Shown here piece after piece: positions 10,009-19,139 of a DNA stretch of 64,000 nucleotides. Under the pieces are notes generated by a model. That model was given only the letters and a program-made list of their open reading frames with translations, did no database searches and was not told the DNA's origin. The DNA lies in the NCBI GenBank assembly GCA_020161265.1, contig JAIUOC010000003.1, positions 363,024 through 427,023 of the forward strand. Direction: 5' to 3'. Source of the DNA: Chloroflexota bacterium (GTDB lineage Bacteria > Chloroflexota > Chloroflexia > Chloroflexales > Herpetosiphonaceae). The first letter of the stretch is position 1. Every line of letters begins with the position of its first letter. The position numbers and the translations under genes were made by a program.

Positions 10009-10731
10009 TCAAGCGGTGCGGCTGCGGCTTTCGCGACTTTCATCATAGCCTAGTTTGATCCAGCCTTGTTGAATAGCGTGAATAACGGCCATTGTGCGGT
10101 CGTTGACTTGAAGCTTGCTAAGAATTGAGGTGATGTGGTTTTTGACGGTTTGGCCGCTGATCGACAGCTGGTTGGCGATTTCTTTGTTGGAGAGGCCACG
10201 GGCAATACAATCGAGAATTTCAATTTCGCGGCTGGTCAATGGCGCAAACATCGACGAGGTATCTTCGCTATTGTTGGCAACATTCGAAAGCTCGCGGAAT
10301 TGGTTGAGCACGCGGGTGGCCACATGCGGCTTAGACATGACGCTTTCGTTGATCACATAGCGGCCATGGGCGACATCGCGAATCATGCCGACGAGCTGTG
10401 TGGGATCGATTTCCTTGGAAGCGTAAGCGGCAGCGCCGGCCTTGATCGCGTTGAACAATTGCTCATCGTCGTCGTGAATGCTCAACACAATGATGCCCAT
10501 GCGGGGAGCGCGGCGTTTGAGCACGCGAGCAACTTCCAAGCCATTTAAGCCTGGCAAATTAATATCCAGCAACACAACATTAGGGCTGAGGGTTTCAGTG
10601 AGCTTAATGGCCTCAGCGCCATTTTCAGCCTGGCCGATCACCTCGATATCTTTTTCTTGGCCGAGGCTCCAGCAGATGCCTTGGCGAAACAGTGGATGAT
10701 CATCAATGATAAGAACGCGAATGAGCTCCAT
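10009..10731 (-). CDS. LuxR/NarL-family response regulator (REC + HTH_LuxR), DegU-like
   Basis: Start MELIRVLIIDDHPLFRQG with an AAGGAG RBS 7 nt upstream. Receiver aspartate in VVLLDINLPG. C-terminal LuxR HTH (LSNKEIANQLSISGQTVKNH). The ORF-track N-terminal extension to 10824 is probably not real. Confidence 0.85.
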   Translation of the reverse strand: MELIRVLIIDDHPLFRQGICWSLGQEKDIEVIGQAENGAEAIKLTETLSPNVVLLDINLPGLNGLEVARVLKRRAPRMGIIVLSIHDDDEQLFNAIKAGAAAYASKEIDPTQLVGMIRDVAHGRYVINESVMSKPHVATRVLNQFRELSNVANNSEDTSSMFAPLTSREIEILDCIARGLSNKEIANQLSISGQTVKNHITSILSKLQVNDRTMAVIHAIQQGWIKLGYDESRESRSRTA

Positions 10732-10753
10732 GGGTATCTCCTTCTGGATGAGC

Positions 10754-11767
10754 TTAGATCGTAATCCGAATGGTAACTTCAGTGCCAGCCCCGGGGCGCG
10801 AAGCAATTGCAAAATCTCCGCCAAGTAAGGCGACTCGTTCGCGCATACTGGTCAATCCCCAACTCTCTTTGCCAGAGCGCCGCACAACTTCTCGTGGATC
10901 AAAGCCCGGGCCATCGTCGCGGATGGTGACGATCAGCAGGTTGCCTTGCAACATACTGCGGATCAAAACATTGGCATTGCGAGCATGTTTATGGATATTT
11001 TGCAATGCTTCTTGTGTTACCCGATAGAGCACAATCTCAGCTTCAGCCGGAAGGCGGTTTGGCCAGTGGAGCAGGTCAATCGTGACTTTGACCTTGGTCG
11101 TTTGTTGGTATTTTTGAACATAGTCAGCGAGGGCAGTAGGGAAGCCTTGGTCGAGCGCACCTGGCCGTAAATCGGCGATAAAGCCACGAACTTCGTGCAA
11201 GCCTTGGCGGGCAGCGCTGCGCAGTTCGTGTAAAAATGGCTCCATCTGCGGCGAATTGCTTTGCTGTAAATTCATGGCATGTTCCAAGCCCATCAGAACA
11301 TTCGCTAAAACTTGGGCTGGCCCATCGTGGACTTCACGGGCCAGGCGTAAGCGTTCGTCTTCACGGCCTTGGATAATTTGACCACGTAAGGCCAAGGCCC
11401 AAGGGTCATTTTGTTGGCCAATTGTGGTCGTGCCACTGAGGCTGGTGCTGCTCATTTCGATCTGGCGAATTAATTGTTCGAGCCGCTTGAGGGCTTCGGC
11501 GGTGGCGCTGGTTTCCGCATCGAGGTTGGCCATTTTGCTGCGTAGTTCGGCCTCTTGTTGGCGCAAACGCCCGACCGCTGGGGTGCCAAGTTGCTCGGCG
11601 AAGGTGCGCTGAACCGCTAACTCATCGGCAGTTCGATACATCTGGCGACCTTGTTGGGCAATTGCCGTATGCCGCTCGCGCAGTTGGGCGGCCTCACCTC
11701 GCAAGGCCTGCAAGGCATTTGCCAATTGGGTCTGTGCTTGTGCAAGTAACGCTGCTGCATCGGCCAC
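10754..11767 (-). CDS. cytoplasmic sensor histidine kinase, HisKA_3 type with N-terminal coiled coil (DegS-like)
   Basis: 337 aa, no TM segment. Coiled-coil N-terminus. H-box EDERLRLAREVHDGPAQ (HisKA_3). HATPase_c G-boxes (DDGPGF, GLTSMRERV, GGDFAIASRPGAGT). Confidence 0.85.
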   Translation of the reverse strand: MADAAALLAQAQTQLANALQALRGEAAQLRERHTAIAQQGRQMYRTADELAVQRTFAEQLGTPAVGRLRQQEAELRSKMANLDAETSATAEALKRLEQLIRQIEMSSTSLSGTTTIGQQNDPWALALRGQIIQGREDERLRLAREVHDGPAQVLANVLMGLEHAMNLQQSNSPQMEPFLHELRSAARQGLHEVRGFIADLRPGALDQGFPTALADYVQKYQQTTKVKVTIDLLHWPNRLPAEAEIVLYRVTQEALQNIHKHARNANVLIRSMLQGNLLIVTIRDDGPGFDPREVVRRSGKESWGLTSMRERVALLGGDFAIASRPGAGTEVTIRITI

Positions 11768-12060
11768 AAGGACTTCCTTCCTACATGGTGCTAGTTCTGA
11801 GATCTGAAGTATAGCACGCTGTACGGGTGATGCAACAGCCGATTGACTATAGGAAAAGGGGTGATCTTAATAGTTGGATGTGGTCACACATTAGCGATAA
11901 GCGATCAAGTGGTTTTTCGTGTGGCTCACCCTCTAGCGCCAATCGTCAATTGTTCAATCCGACGGAATAGCCTGCTTTTCAGGACGCTCCAGAAGCTATT
12001 CCGTCGGATGCTAGAGATATTGATCAATGGACTCAGATAGATTAATTAGCGTTTTAAACC

Positions 12061-12507
12061 CTATACCACATCGACAACCCAAGTAATCCCAAAACGATCG
12101 GTAAGCATGCCAAACAGCTGCGCCCAAGGCGTTTGGGTAATTGGCTCGATGATTGTTGCCTGCTCAGCCAGTTTCGCCCACAACTCCATAACCTCGTTAA
12201 CCTGTTGCCCACGGAGCGAGATAAAGAATGATGCTTGGGTCAGCGTTAGCCCATGGGCGCGGGAAGTCACGGTTTGTAGTGCTGGTAGTTGCTCTGTGGT
12301 TGGAATATCGTAGGCCATCAGACGGAAACCGCTGGCCGTCGTTACTTGCCCCCACATAATCATATCGGCGATTGGCGTATCTTTTGGTGCACCAACATCA
12401 GCGTAAGTTGTAAGCACAAGTTCCCCTTCGAACACGGCCTGATAAAACTCAAGCGCTTGACGGGCATTACCATGAAAGTTGAGATGAGGGGTTACAGCGA
12501 TTGTCAT
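12061..12507 (-). CDS. PhnB-like VOC (glyoxalase/bleomycin-resistance fold) family protein
   Basis: 148 aa. N-terminus TPHLNFHGNARQALEFYQAVFEG. C-terminus FGMLTDRFGITWVV, typical of COG2764/PhnB. Confidence 0.65.
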   Translation of the reverse strand: MTIAVTPHLNFHGNARQALEFYQAVFEGELVLTTYADVGAPKDTPIADMIMWGQVTTASGFRLMAYDIPTTEQLPALQTVTSRAHGLTLTQASFFISLRGQQVNEVMELWAKLAEQATIIEPITQTPWAQLFGMLTDRFGITWVVDVV

Positions 12508-12638
12508 AATTTGCTCCTTGGTGATTCACGACTGTCACTATTTGCTGTGGCAGTTGTTGATAAATCGGTCTTACTCCGTGAGTATAATGTATAATGCGGT
12601 CAGAATCAGACCTAATTAATTCAAGGAACTCTAAATCG

Positions 12639-13598
12639 ATGTATAGCCCAACAACTCGTTTGTTAACGATCCTCGAACTCTTACAATCGCATCAGCGGAT
12701 GCGCGGTGCTGAGCTTGCCAGTCGCCTCGAAATTAGCCAACGCACAGTGCGCCGCTATGTGGTGATGCTCCAAGATATGGGCATTCCGGTTGAGGCTGAG
12801 CGTGGACCCGATGGTGCTTACTATCTTGGTCGCGGCTACACCATCCCGCCCTTGATGATTAATCCAGCTGAGGCATTGGCACTCGTGCTGGGATTGCGCA
12901 TGATTCAGGCTTTGCAATTTCCAGTTGATGCGACCGCGATTGAGGGTGCAATCGCCAAACTCGAACGGGTTATGCCAACAATTCTGCTTGATCAGGTACG
13001 AGCCTTCCAAGAGGCGATTACGTTTCATGTTGCTCCACCGCTTACCTTTTTGCAGCCAAGCATCGTCGCCAGCTTAAGTGTGGCGGTGCATACGCGCCAG
13101 CAGGTATGGCTGAGCTATCAAACATACAATGGGGATTCATCGGCACGGGTGTTTGATCCCTATGGAATTGTCTATTATCAAGGGTATTGGTACAGCGTTG
13201 GCTATTGTCACCAACGCAATGATCTGCGCACTTTTCGGATTGATCGCATTCAAGAGCTAAAGTTGCTCAATCAGCCATTTGAGCGTCCCCAAGATTTCGA
13301 CGCGTTACACCATATGCACACCACGTTGGCCACCATGGCAGGACCATATGCGGTTGAGGTTGTTTTCGACGCAACGATCGAACAGGTGCGCCATGTGTTG
13401 CCACCCGCAGCCGGAACCTTTGAGCAAAGCGACGTTGGGATTATTTGGCGGCGGGAAACCTACGAATTAACCTCGATTGCTCACCGCTTGTTACAAATTG
13501 ATCTGCCAGCTACTATTCGCCAACCAGCTGAATTAAAGGAGATGATGCATCAGCTGGCAGCAAAGGCACTGCGAATGACGCTTAATCAACATCCATAG
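12639..13598 (+). CDS. HTH-WYL domain transcriptional regulator (YafY-like)
   Basis: N-terminal wHTH (RLLTILELLQSHQRMRGAELASRLEISQRTVRRYVVMLQDMGIPV), central WYL domain (YYQGYWYSVGYCHQRNDLRTFRIDRI) and a C-terminal WCX-like domain. The ORF track starts at 12594; an MYSPTT start at 12639 is more plausible. Confidence 0.75.
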   Translation: MYSPTTRLLTILELLQSHQRMRGAELASRLEISQRTVRRYVVMLQDMGIPVEAERGPDGAYYLGRGYTIPPLMINPAEALALVLGLRMIQALQFPVDATAIEGAIAKLERVMPTILLDQVRAFQEAITFHVAPPLTFLQPSIVASLSVAVHTRQQVWLSYQTYNGDSSARVFDPYGIVYYQGYWYSVGYCHQRNDLRTFRIDRIQELKLLNQPFERPQDFDALHHMHTTLATMAGPYAVEVVFDATIEQVRHVLPPAAGTFEQSDVGIIWRRETYELTSIAHRLLQIDLPATIRQPAELKEMMHQLAAKALRMTLNQHP

Positions 13599-13634
13599 AT
13601 GGGCATCATTTAACAGAAAAATGTGCCCATCTAC
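13596..13634. terminator. bidirectional terminator hairpin between convergent genes (TAGATGGGCA ... TGCCCATCTA)
   Basis: 10-bp perfect inverted repeat with an 18-nt A/T-rich loop, between the stops at 13598 and 13656. Confidence 0.4.
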
Positions 13635-13655
13635 TAAACTGTAACAAAGCGTGGC

Positions 13656-14660
13656 TTAGCGCATCGTGATGACGACCTTGCCTTTTACTCGGCCTGTTTC
13701 AACGTAGTCCAAGGCCTCTTTGGTTGCTTCAAAGGCAAAGCTTCGATCCACAATCGGGTGGATAATTCCAGCGTCGATCAATGAACTCAGTTCGCTGAGC
13801 TGCTCGCCGTGCGCCCGCATAAATAGAAATGAATAGCGTACCTGCCGTTGTTTCGCTTTTTTGCGAATGCGATAGCTCAAAAAGCGCAAAAGCATGCGAA
13901 TGGGCCACTTCGCGCCAATTTCTTGACCAAACGCCGGATCAGGTGGCCCCGAAATCGAGATCAGCGTTCCGCCAGGCTTTAGCACCCGAAGCGATTTTTC
14001 GCCGATTGCTGCCTCTTGACTATGCAAGACCACATCATAATCTTTCAGGATTGTTTCGAAATCCTCGGTCTTGTAATCAATCACAATATCGGCCCCGAGG
14101 CGCTTCACAAAATCGAAATTTGCCTTGCTCGTGGTTGTCGCGACAATCGCCCCCACATGTTTGGCCAGCTGAATTGCAATTGTCCCAACTCCGCCGGAAC
14201 CTGCCTGGATGAAGATTTTTTGGCCTTTTTTGAGCTGTGCTTGTTCAATCAAGGCTTGCCAAGCGGTCAGGCCAACCAACGGGAAGGAAGCTGCTTCAGC
14301 CATGCTCAGTTTTTTGGGCTTGATCGCAACATCAGCTTCGTTGATTGCAATGAATTCGGCAAAGGTTCCAATGCGGTCTGCTGCTGGCCGAGCATAGACC
14401 TCATCGCCTAGCTTGAATCGCTGTACCTTTGCTCCAACCTTAACTACAACCCCAGCGACATCATTGCCCAAAATAAGTGGGAAGCGATATGGCAAGATAG
14501 CTTTGAACTCGCCATCCCTGATTTTGTTATCCAACGGGTTAACGCCAGCGGCGTGGATCTGAATCAATAGATCAGTATCTCGCAGTTCTGGAATTGGCAG
14601 ATCGCCAACCCGCACCCGATCCTTGTTGCCATAGCGCTCGATGAAGAAGGCTTTCATCAT
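13656..14660 (-). CDS. zinc-type alcohol dehydrogenase/quinone oxidoreductase (MDR superfamily)
   Basis: 334 aa. AAGVNPLD, GNDVAGVV and the cofactor fingerprint AGSGGVGTIAIQLAK. Confidence 0.85.
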   Translation of the reverse strand: MMKAFFIERYGNKDRVRVGDLPIPELRDTDLLIQIHAAGVNPLDNKIRDGEFKAILPYRFPLILGNDVAGVVVKVGAKVQRFKLGDEVYARPAADRIGTFAEFIAINEADVAIKPKKLSMAEAASFPLVGLTAWQALIEQAQLKKGQKIFIQAGSGGVGTIAIQLAKHVGAIVATTTSKANFDFVKRLGADIVIDYKTEDFETILKDYDVVLHSQEAAIGEKSLRVLKPGGTLISISGPPDPAFGQEIGAKWPIRMLLRFLSYRIRKKAKQRQVRYSFLFMRAHGEQLSELSSLIDAGIIHPIVDRSFAFEATKEALDYVETGRVKGKVVITMR

Positions 14661-14745
14661 ACGGTGTTGCTCCTATTGTTGTATCTGGCGCTGCTTATGG
14701 GAAACGAAATTCCCATAAGCATGCTGCCGTTCGCAGTGTATGAGA

Positions 14746-15555
14746 CTAGGCAGCGGTCTTGCTACCACTGAACAGACGGCGTTTGAACGCCTCAAATACT
14801 GCCTCTGGGAGCACACGCTGGAGCATCAGGGCGATTGTTCCATCCACGCCAACGGGATAGCGCAGACGGGGCTTGCTAGTCGCGGCGCGAAGGATCACAC
14901 GGGCGACTGCGCCAGGGTCCATGCCTTTCTTGGCATTTGTGACAAGGCTTTGCTGGGCACTTTGGCGACCTGGGGTATAGTCGTCAATCGCGGTGGTTGG
15001 CCACTGCGCGACGAACGGCGTGTTCACATAGCTTGGCTCGATCAGTGAGACGCTCACGCCGAACTGCCGAACCTCGGCGCTAAGGGATTCGCTCAGGCCT
15101 TCCAAGGCAAATTTGCTCGCGCTATACAGGCCGCCGTATGGCGGCGCAATGTGCCCAACAATCGAGCTAACATTGATAATGTGGCCGCTACCTTGCTGGC
15201 GCATAATCGGCATTACCGCTTTGATCATGCGGATAACACCGAACAGATTGGTATCGAACTGAGCTTGCGCATCGGCAATGCTACTTTCCTCAACCGCGCC
15301 AAACTGCACATAACCTGCATTATTGACGAGGATATCAAGTTGTCCGGTCTGGCCCAGCAGCGATTGAACCGCTGCATCCACCGAATCGTCCGAGCGGACA
15401 TCCAGCGGTAGCCAAGTAAATGAGTGCTTGTGTGAAATCGGGTTGCGGCTCGTGCCGAAAACCCGAAATCCTTTGGCTGCCAAGAGTTCCGCAGTTGCTT
15501 GACCAATCCCCGATGATGCGCCCGTGATGAGCACGACCTTTTGTTGCGATGTCAT
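14746..15555 (-). CDS. short-chain dehydrogenase/reductase (SDR)
   Basis: TGASSGIG NAD(P)-binding motif, NNAG, catalytic YSASK. Confidence 0.85.
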   Translation of the reverse strand: MTSQQKVVLITGASSGIGQATAELLAAKGFRVFGTSRNPISHKHSFTWLPLDVRSDDSVDAAVQSLLGQTGQLDILVNNAGYVQFGAVEESSIADAQAQFDTNLFGVIRMIKAVMPIMRQQGSGHIINVSSIVGHIAPPYGGLYSASKFALEGLSESLSAEVRQFGVSVSLIEPSYVNTPFVAQWPTTAIDDYTPGRQSAQQSLVTNAKKGMDPGAVARVILRAATSKPRLRYPVGVDGTIALMLQRVLPEAVFEAFKRRLFSGSKTAA

Positions 15556-15617
15556 TAATCTGTTCCTTCATGAATAGTCATGTTTGAATAATCGTTCAAG
15601 CATGAGGTCAAAAAAAT

Positions 15618-16199
15618 TTAGTTGAAAATCGATAACGCTGTTTTTACGATATCGTCGAGCATTCCCCGCTGCTGCTGGCTCCGCGCAAGCACGCGCAGGC
15701 TGATAAAGGTTCCTACTAAGAAATGCGCCAATTGATGGGGATCGTGTTGCCACGAGAGTTCACCCGCAACCTGCGCCTTGATCAGCAGCCGATAGAGCGC
15801 TTCTTCGAACTCGTTCAAGGCCGACTGGATGATCTCGTTAACGGCATGATCATGCGGAGCTATTTCTAAGGATGCATTAACCAAAAAACAGCCACGGCGC
15901 GCTGGGTCGTGCAGCAAAGCATCAACCTGGGCTTGGAAAAGCTGGCCTAATATAACTTGGAGTGAGCCAGTTTGCGCCAAAATAGCCATAGTTTGGGCTT
16001 TAATAGCGGCAGTATACTGATTAAGCGCTGCTAGGTATAGCGCATGTTTATCGCCAAACGTTCCATAGAGGCTACCGCGCCCGATTCCCGTAACTTGGAC
16101 GAGATCTTCGATTGATAGCCCTTCGTACCCACGTTCCCAAAAGGCGTTCATGGCTTTTTCGAGAACCCGTTGAGGCTCAAATGCTTTCTTGCCTGCCAT
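15618..16199 (-). CDS. TetR/AcrR family transcriptional regulator
   Basis: N-terminal HTH (EGLSIEDLVQVTGIGRGSLYGTFGDKHALYLAAL). The start is ambiguous between 16199 (MAGKK) and 16211 (MRRLMAGKK). Confidence 0.8.
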   Translation of the reverse strand: MAGKKAFEPQRVLEKAMNAFWERGYEGLSIEDLVQVTGIGRGSLYGTFGDKHALYLAALNQYTAAIKAQTMAILAQTGSLQVILGQLFQAQVDALLHDPARRGCFLVNASLEIAPHDHAVNEIIQSALNEFEEALYRLLIKAQVAGELSWQHDPHQLAHFLVGTFISLRVLARSQQQRGMLDDIVKTALSIFN

Positions 16200-16533
16200 A
16201 AGTCGTCTCATACTCCTGCTTGCAGCGAAGTATAGCATATGTTGGAACGATAAGTCAATGATCATAAATGGAAGTGCTAGACCAGATCGTGCTCATTCAA
16301 TTGTGCTAAGCATTGAGACTCAGTAGTTTTAACCTCAAACGCTTGCGAGTAGCTATCAACGAGGGCCAGCTTGCCCATCTTTTTGAGCTATCCAAGGCGA
16401 ATCCCCTCTAGGGGTTGAGTGTCAAGGGTTTTCATCTGACTATCAGTGCCAAATAGCGCATTCTAACGATTGAGATGGCTTGATCGGGGTGCTACAATAG
16501 GATGACAATGCTGCTGCACAAGAGGCTGAATTC

Positions 16534-19119
16534 ATGGTTTGTCCACGCTGTTCAACCGAATTAAAAACTGGGGCACGCTTTTGCCCCAAGTGTGGTGCTG
16601 GTCTACCCCGTTGGACTGGCCGCCTTGCCAATGGCGATGTATTGATTGATCGCTATGTGGTGGTTCGCCCGTTGGCCCGTGGTGGCATGGGCGCGGTTTA
16701 TTTGGCGACCGATCGGCGGCTTGGTGATGCTCCAGTCGCGCTCAAAGAGATGACGGGTTTGCATCAACCAGGCGATACCGATGCTTGGGAACGCGCTGTT
16801 GGCGAGTTTCGGCGCGAGGCTTCGCTCTTGGCGCGGCTAAGTCACCCCAATTTGCCGCGCGTGATCGACCAATTTCGCCATGACGAAAACGAATTTTTGG
16901 TGATGGAATATGTCGAGGGTCAAACGCTCCGCTCCGAAATGGAAGGCCGCACCGAGCCGTTGGCCTTGGAAACGGTGATCGATTGGATGCGCCAATTGAC
17001 CAACGTGCTGCAATATTTACATAATCAAAACCCACCGATTATCTATCGCGATCTCAAGCCGCCGAATATTATGCTGCGCCCCGATGGCCGAATTGCCCTG
17101 ATCGATTTTGGCATCGCTCGCTTGTTCAAACATGGTCAAGAAGGCGATACGGTGATTTATGGCACGCCTGGTTATGCGCCGCCTGAGCAATATGGCTTTG
17201 GTCAAACCGACCATCGCTCGGATATTTATAGTTTGGCGATGGTCATTCACGAATTGTTGACCCGTTTTGAGCCAGCCAAACGTGAAAGTACCCGCCCGCC
17301 GTTGGCGCATAATTTGCGTAATACTGTGCCACCTGCCTTGAGCGAGGTGCTGCACCGTGCAATGCATCCTGATCCTGCTGATCGTTATCAATCAATGCGC
17401 GATTTTCAAATGGCAGTCGATCATTCATTAAATCAAAATCAGGTTGCCGCCTTGCCTGATGCCACAGTGCTGCATCAAGCGACGATTGCCAAGCCCAAAG
17501 CTGCAAATTGGTGGTGGCTGGCGCTGGCCTTGGTTGGTATTGGCTTGATTGGCTTTTTGCTGGCCCGCACCTTTGGCGTATTTGCGCCTGAGGTTCAGCC
17601 AACCAGCGTGGCCCAAATTACGCCTAGCCTAGCTGAGCCAACTCCGATCGAAGCCACGGCTGTGCCGATCGTGATTGGGCCAGCTCCGCCGGGGATGTTG
17701 GCGATTCCTGGTGGCACATTTGTGATTGGTAGCGATGCTGGCTCACCTAACGAGCAGCCAGTTGGTCGCGGCTATCTGCCAACCTTTTATATTGATCGCA
17801 CTGAGGTGACGGTAGCGGCCTATCGCGCCTGTGTCGAGCAACAACGCTGTAGCGAGCCAGCTGATCGTAGTTCGCTGACGGTCGCTGATTATTACGATAA
17901 CGCCCAATATGCTGAATATCCGATGATTAATGTTTCGTGGCAACAAGCCTTGACCTACTGCCAAGCTCAAAATAAACGCTTGCCCAGTGAGGCCGAGTGG
18001 GAGCGGGCGGCGCGGGGCACTGAAGGCCGCATCTATCCATGGGGCGACCAGTGGGATGCCAGTTTGCTGAATGCTTGGGGCGCTGGAGTTGCTGGCGATA
18101 CCCGCGCAGTTGGCAGTTATCCTAATGGTGCTACGCCCGAAGGCGTTTTGGATTTAGCTGGCAATGTTTGGGAATGGACGAGCAGCCTTGATTTGCCCTA
18201 CCCCTACAATGCTGCTGATGGCCGTGAAGTGCCAACCCAACCTGGCTCGCGGATTGTGCGCGGCAGTTTTAGCGGCACGAATCCTGAGAATGCTCGCGCG
18301 GCGGTGCGCGAACGACGCGACCCTGAATTGCCCTTAAATATTATTGGCTTTCGCTGCGTCACCAACGATTTTTATGTGCCCGAAGGCATGGATTTTATTG
18401 CGGGCGGGCGCTGGACGATGGGCGCAACTGCCGAAGATTTGGCGCATTACAAAGAAGTCTATGGATGGCAAGGCTTGCAAAATGAAGAACCAGCAACTCC
18501 AATTTCGACCACGGCCTTTTATCTTGATCGTACTGAAGTGTCCAACCAAGCCTATGCTGAGTTTATTAATGCGACTGATCGCGCTGTCCCGACCAATTCA
18601 TTTGATCCGGTTGGGCTTTCATTGTGGTTGCCCGATCGCACAGTACCAATCTCGCTGAGCCAACATCCAGTTGTCAATGTAACCTGGGATGATGCCCGCA
18701 GCTATTGCGAATGGCGTGGCAAACGGCTACCGACCGAAGCCGAGTGGGAACGGGCGGCGCGTGGCGATCAGCGCACGATTTTCCCATGGGGCGATCAAGC
18801 TGATGCTAGTTTGCTCAACAACAAGGATTTTGGGCCAGGCCGAACTATGCCCGTTGGCACATTGCCAAACGCTGGCCCCTATGGCACACTAGATCTTGCA
18901 GGCAACGTGTGGGAATGGACACAATCGCTGTATATTCCCTATCCGTATCATCCCAATGATGGGCGCGAGTTGCCGACTGGCGCAGGTTCGCGGGTATTGC
19001 GCGGTGGTTCGTGGTTCGATGATCTGATGTCAGCGCATACCACAGGCCGCAATTCGTTCCGCCCCGACCTTGCCAATATCAATGTTGGTTTTCGGTGTGC
19101 ACAGGATGTTGCACCATAA
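16534..19119 (+). CDS. Ser/Thr protein kinase with N-terminal zinc ribbon, one TM helix and two C-terminal FGE-sulfatase (SUMF1-like) domains
   Basis: CPRC...CPKC zinc ribbon. Kinase motifs: GxGxxG-like LARGGMGAVY, VALKEM, YRDLKPPN, DFGIAR, GTPGYAPPE. TM segment WWWLALALVGIGLIGFLLA. Two FGE domains, each ending RVxRGGSW/F ... (I/N)GFRC. Confidence 0.85.
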   Translation: MVCPRCSTELKTGARFCPKCGAGLPRWTGRLANGDVLIDRYVVVRPLARGGMGAVYLATDRRLGDAPVALKEMTGLHQPGDTDAWERAVGEFRREASLLARLSHPNLPRVIDQFRHDENEFLVMEYVEGQTLRSEMEGRTEPLALETVIDWMRQLTNVLQYLHNQNPPIIYRDLKPPNIMLRPDGRIALIDFGIARLFKHGQEGDTVIYGTPGYAPPEQYGFGQTDHRSDIYSLAMVIHELLTRFEPAKRESTRPPLAHNLRNTVPPALSEVLHRAMHPDPADRYQSMRDFQMAVDHSLNQNQVAALPDATVLHQATIAKPKAANWWWLALALVGIGLIGFLLARTFGVFAPEVQPTSVAQITPSLAEPTPIEATAVPIVIGPAPPGMLAIPGGTFVIGSDAGSPNEQPVGRGYLPTFYIDRTEVTVAAYRACVEQQRCSEPADRSSLTVADYYDNAQYAEYPMINVSWQQALTYCQAQNKRLPSEAEWERAARGTEGRIYPWGDQWDASLLNAWGAGVAGDTRAVGSYPNGATPEGVLDLAGNVWEWTSSLDLPYPYNAADGREVPTQPGSRIVRGSFSGTNPENARAAVRERRDPELPLNIIGFRCVTNDFYVPEGMDFIAGGRWTMGATAEDLAHYKEVYGWQGLQNEEPATPISTTAFYLDRTEVSNQAYAEFINATDRAVPTNSFDPVGLSLWLPDRTVPISLSQHPVVNVTWDDARSYCEWRGKRLPTEAEWERAARGDQRTIFPWGDQADASLLNNKDFGPGRTMPVGTLPNAGPYGTLDLAGNVWEWTQSLYIPYPYHPNDGRELPTGAGSRVLRGGSWFDDLMSAHTTGRNSFRPDLANINVGFRCAQDVAP

Positions 19120-19139
19120 GCTAGATGTGTTAGGAATGC

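Noticed and set aside
10731-10824. N-terminal extension of the LuxR-type regulator that overlaps the kinase gene
   Set aside because: A strong AAGGAG RBS precedes the ATG at 10731, and the receiver domain begins there. The extension is frame noise.
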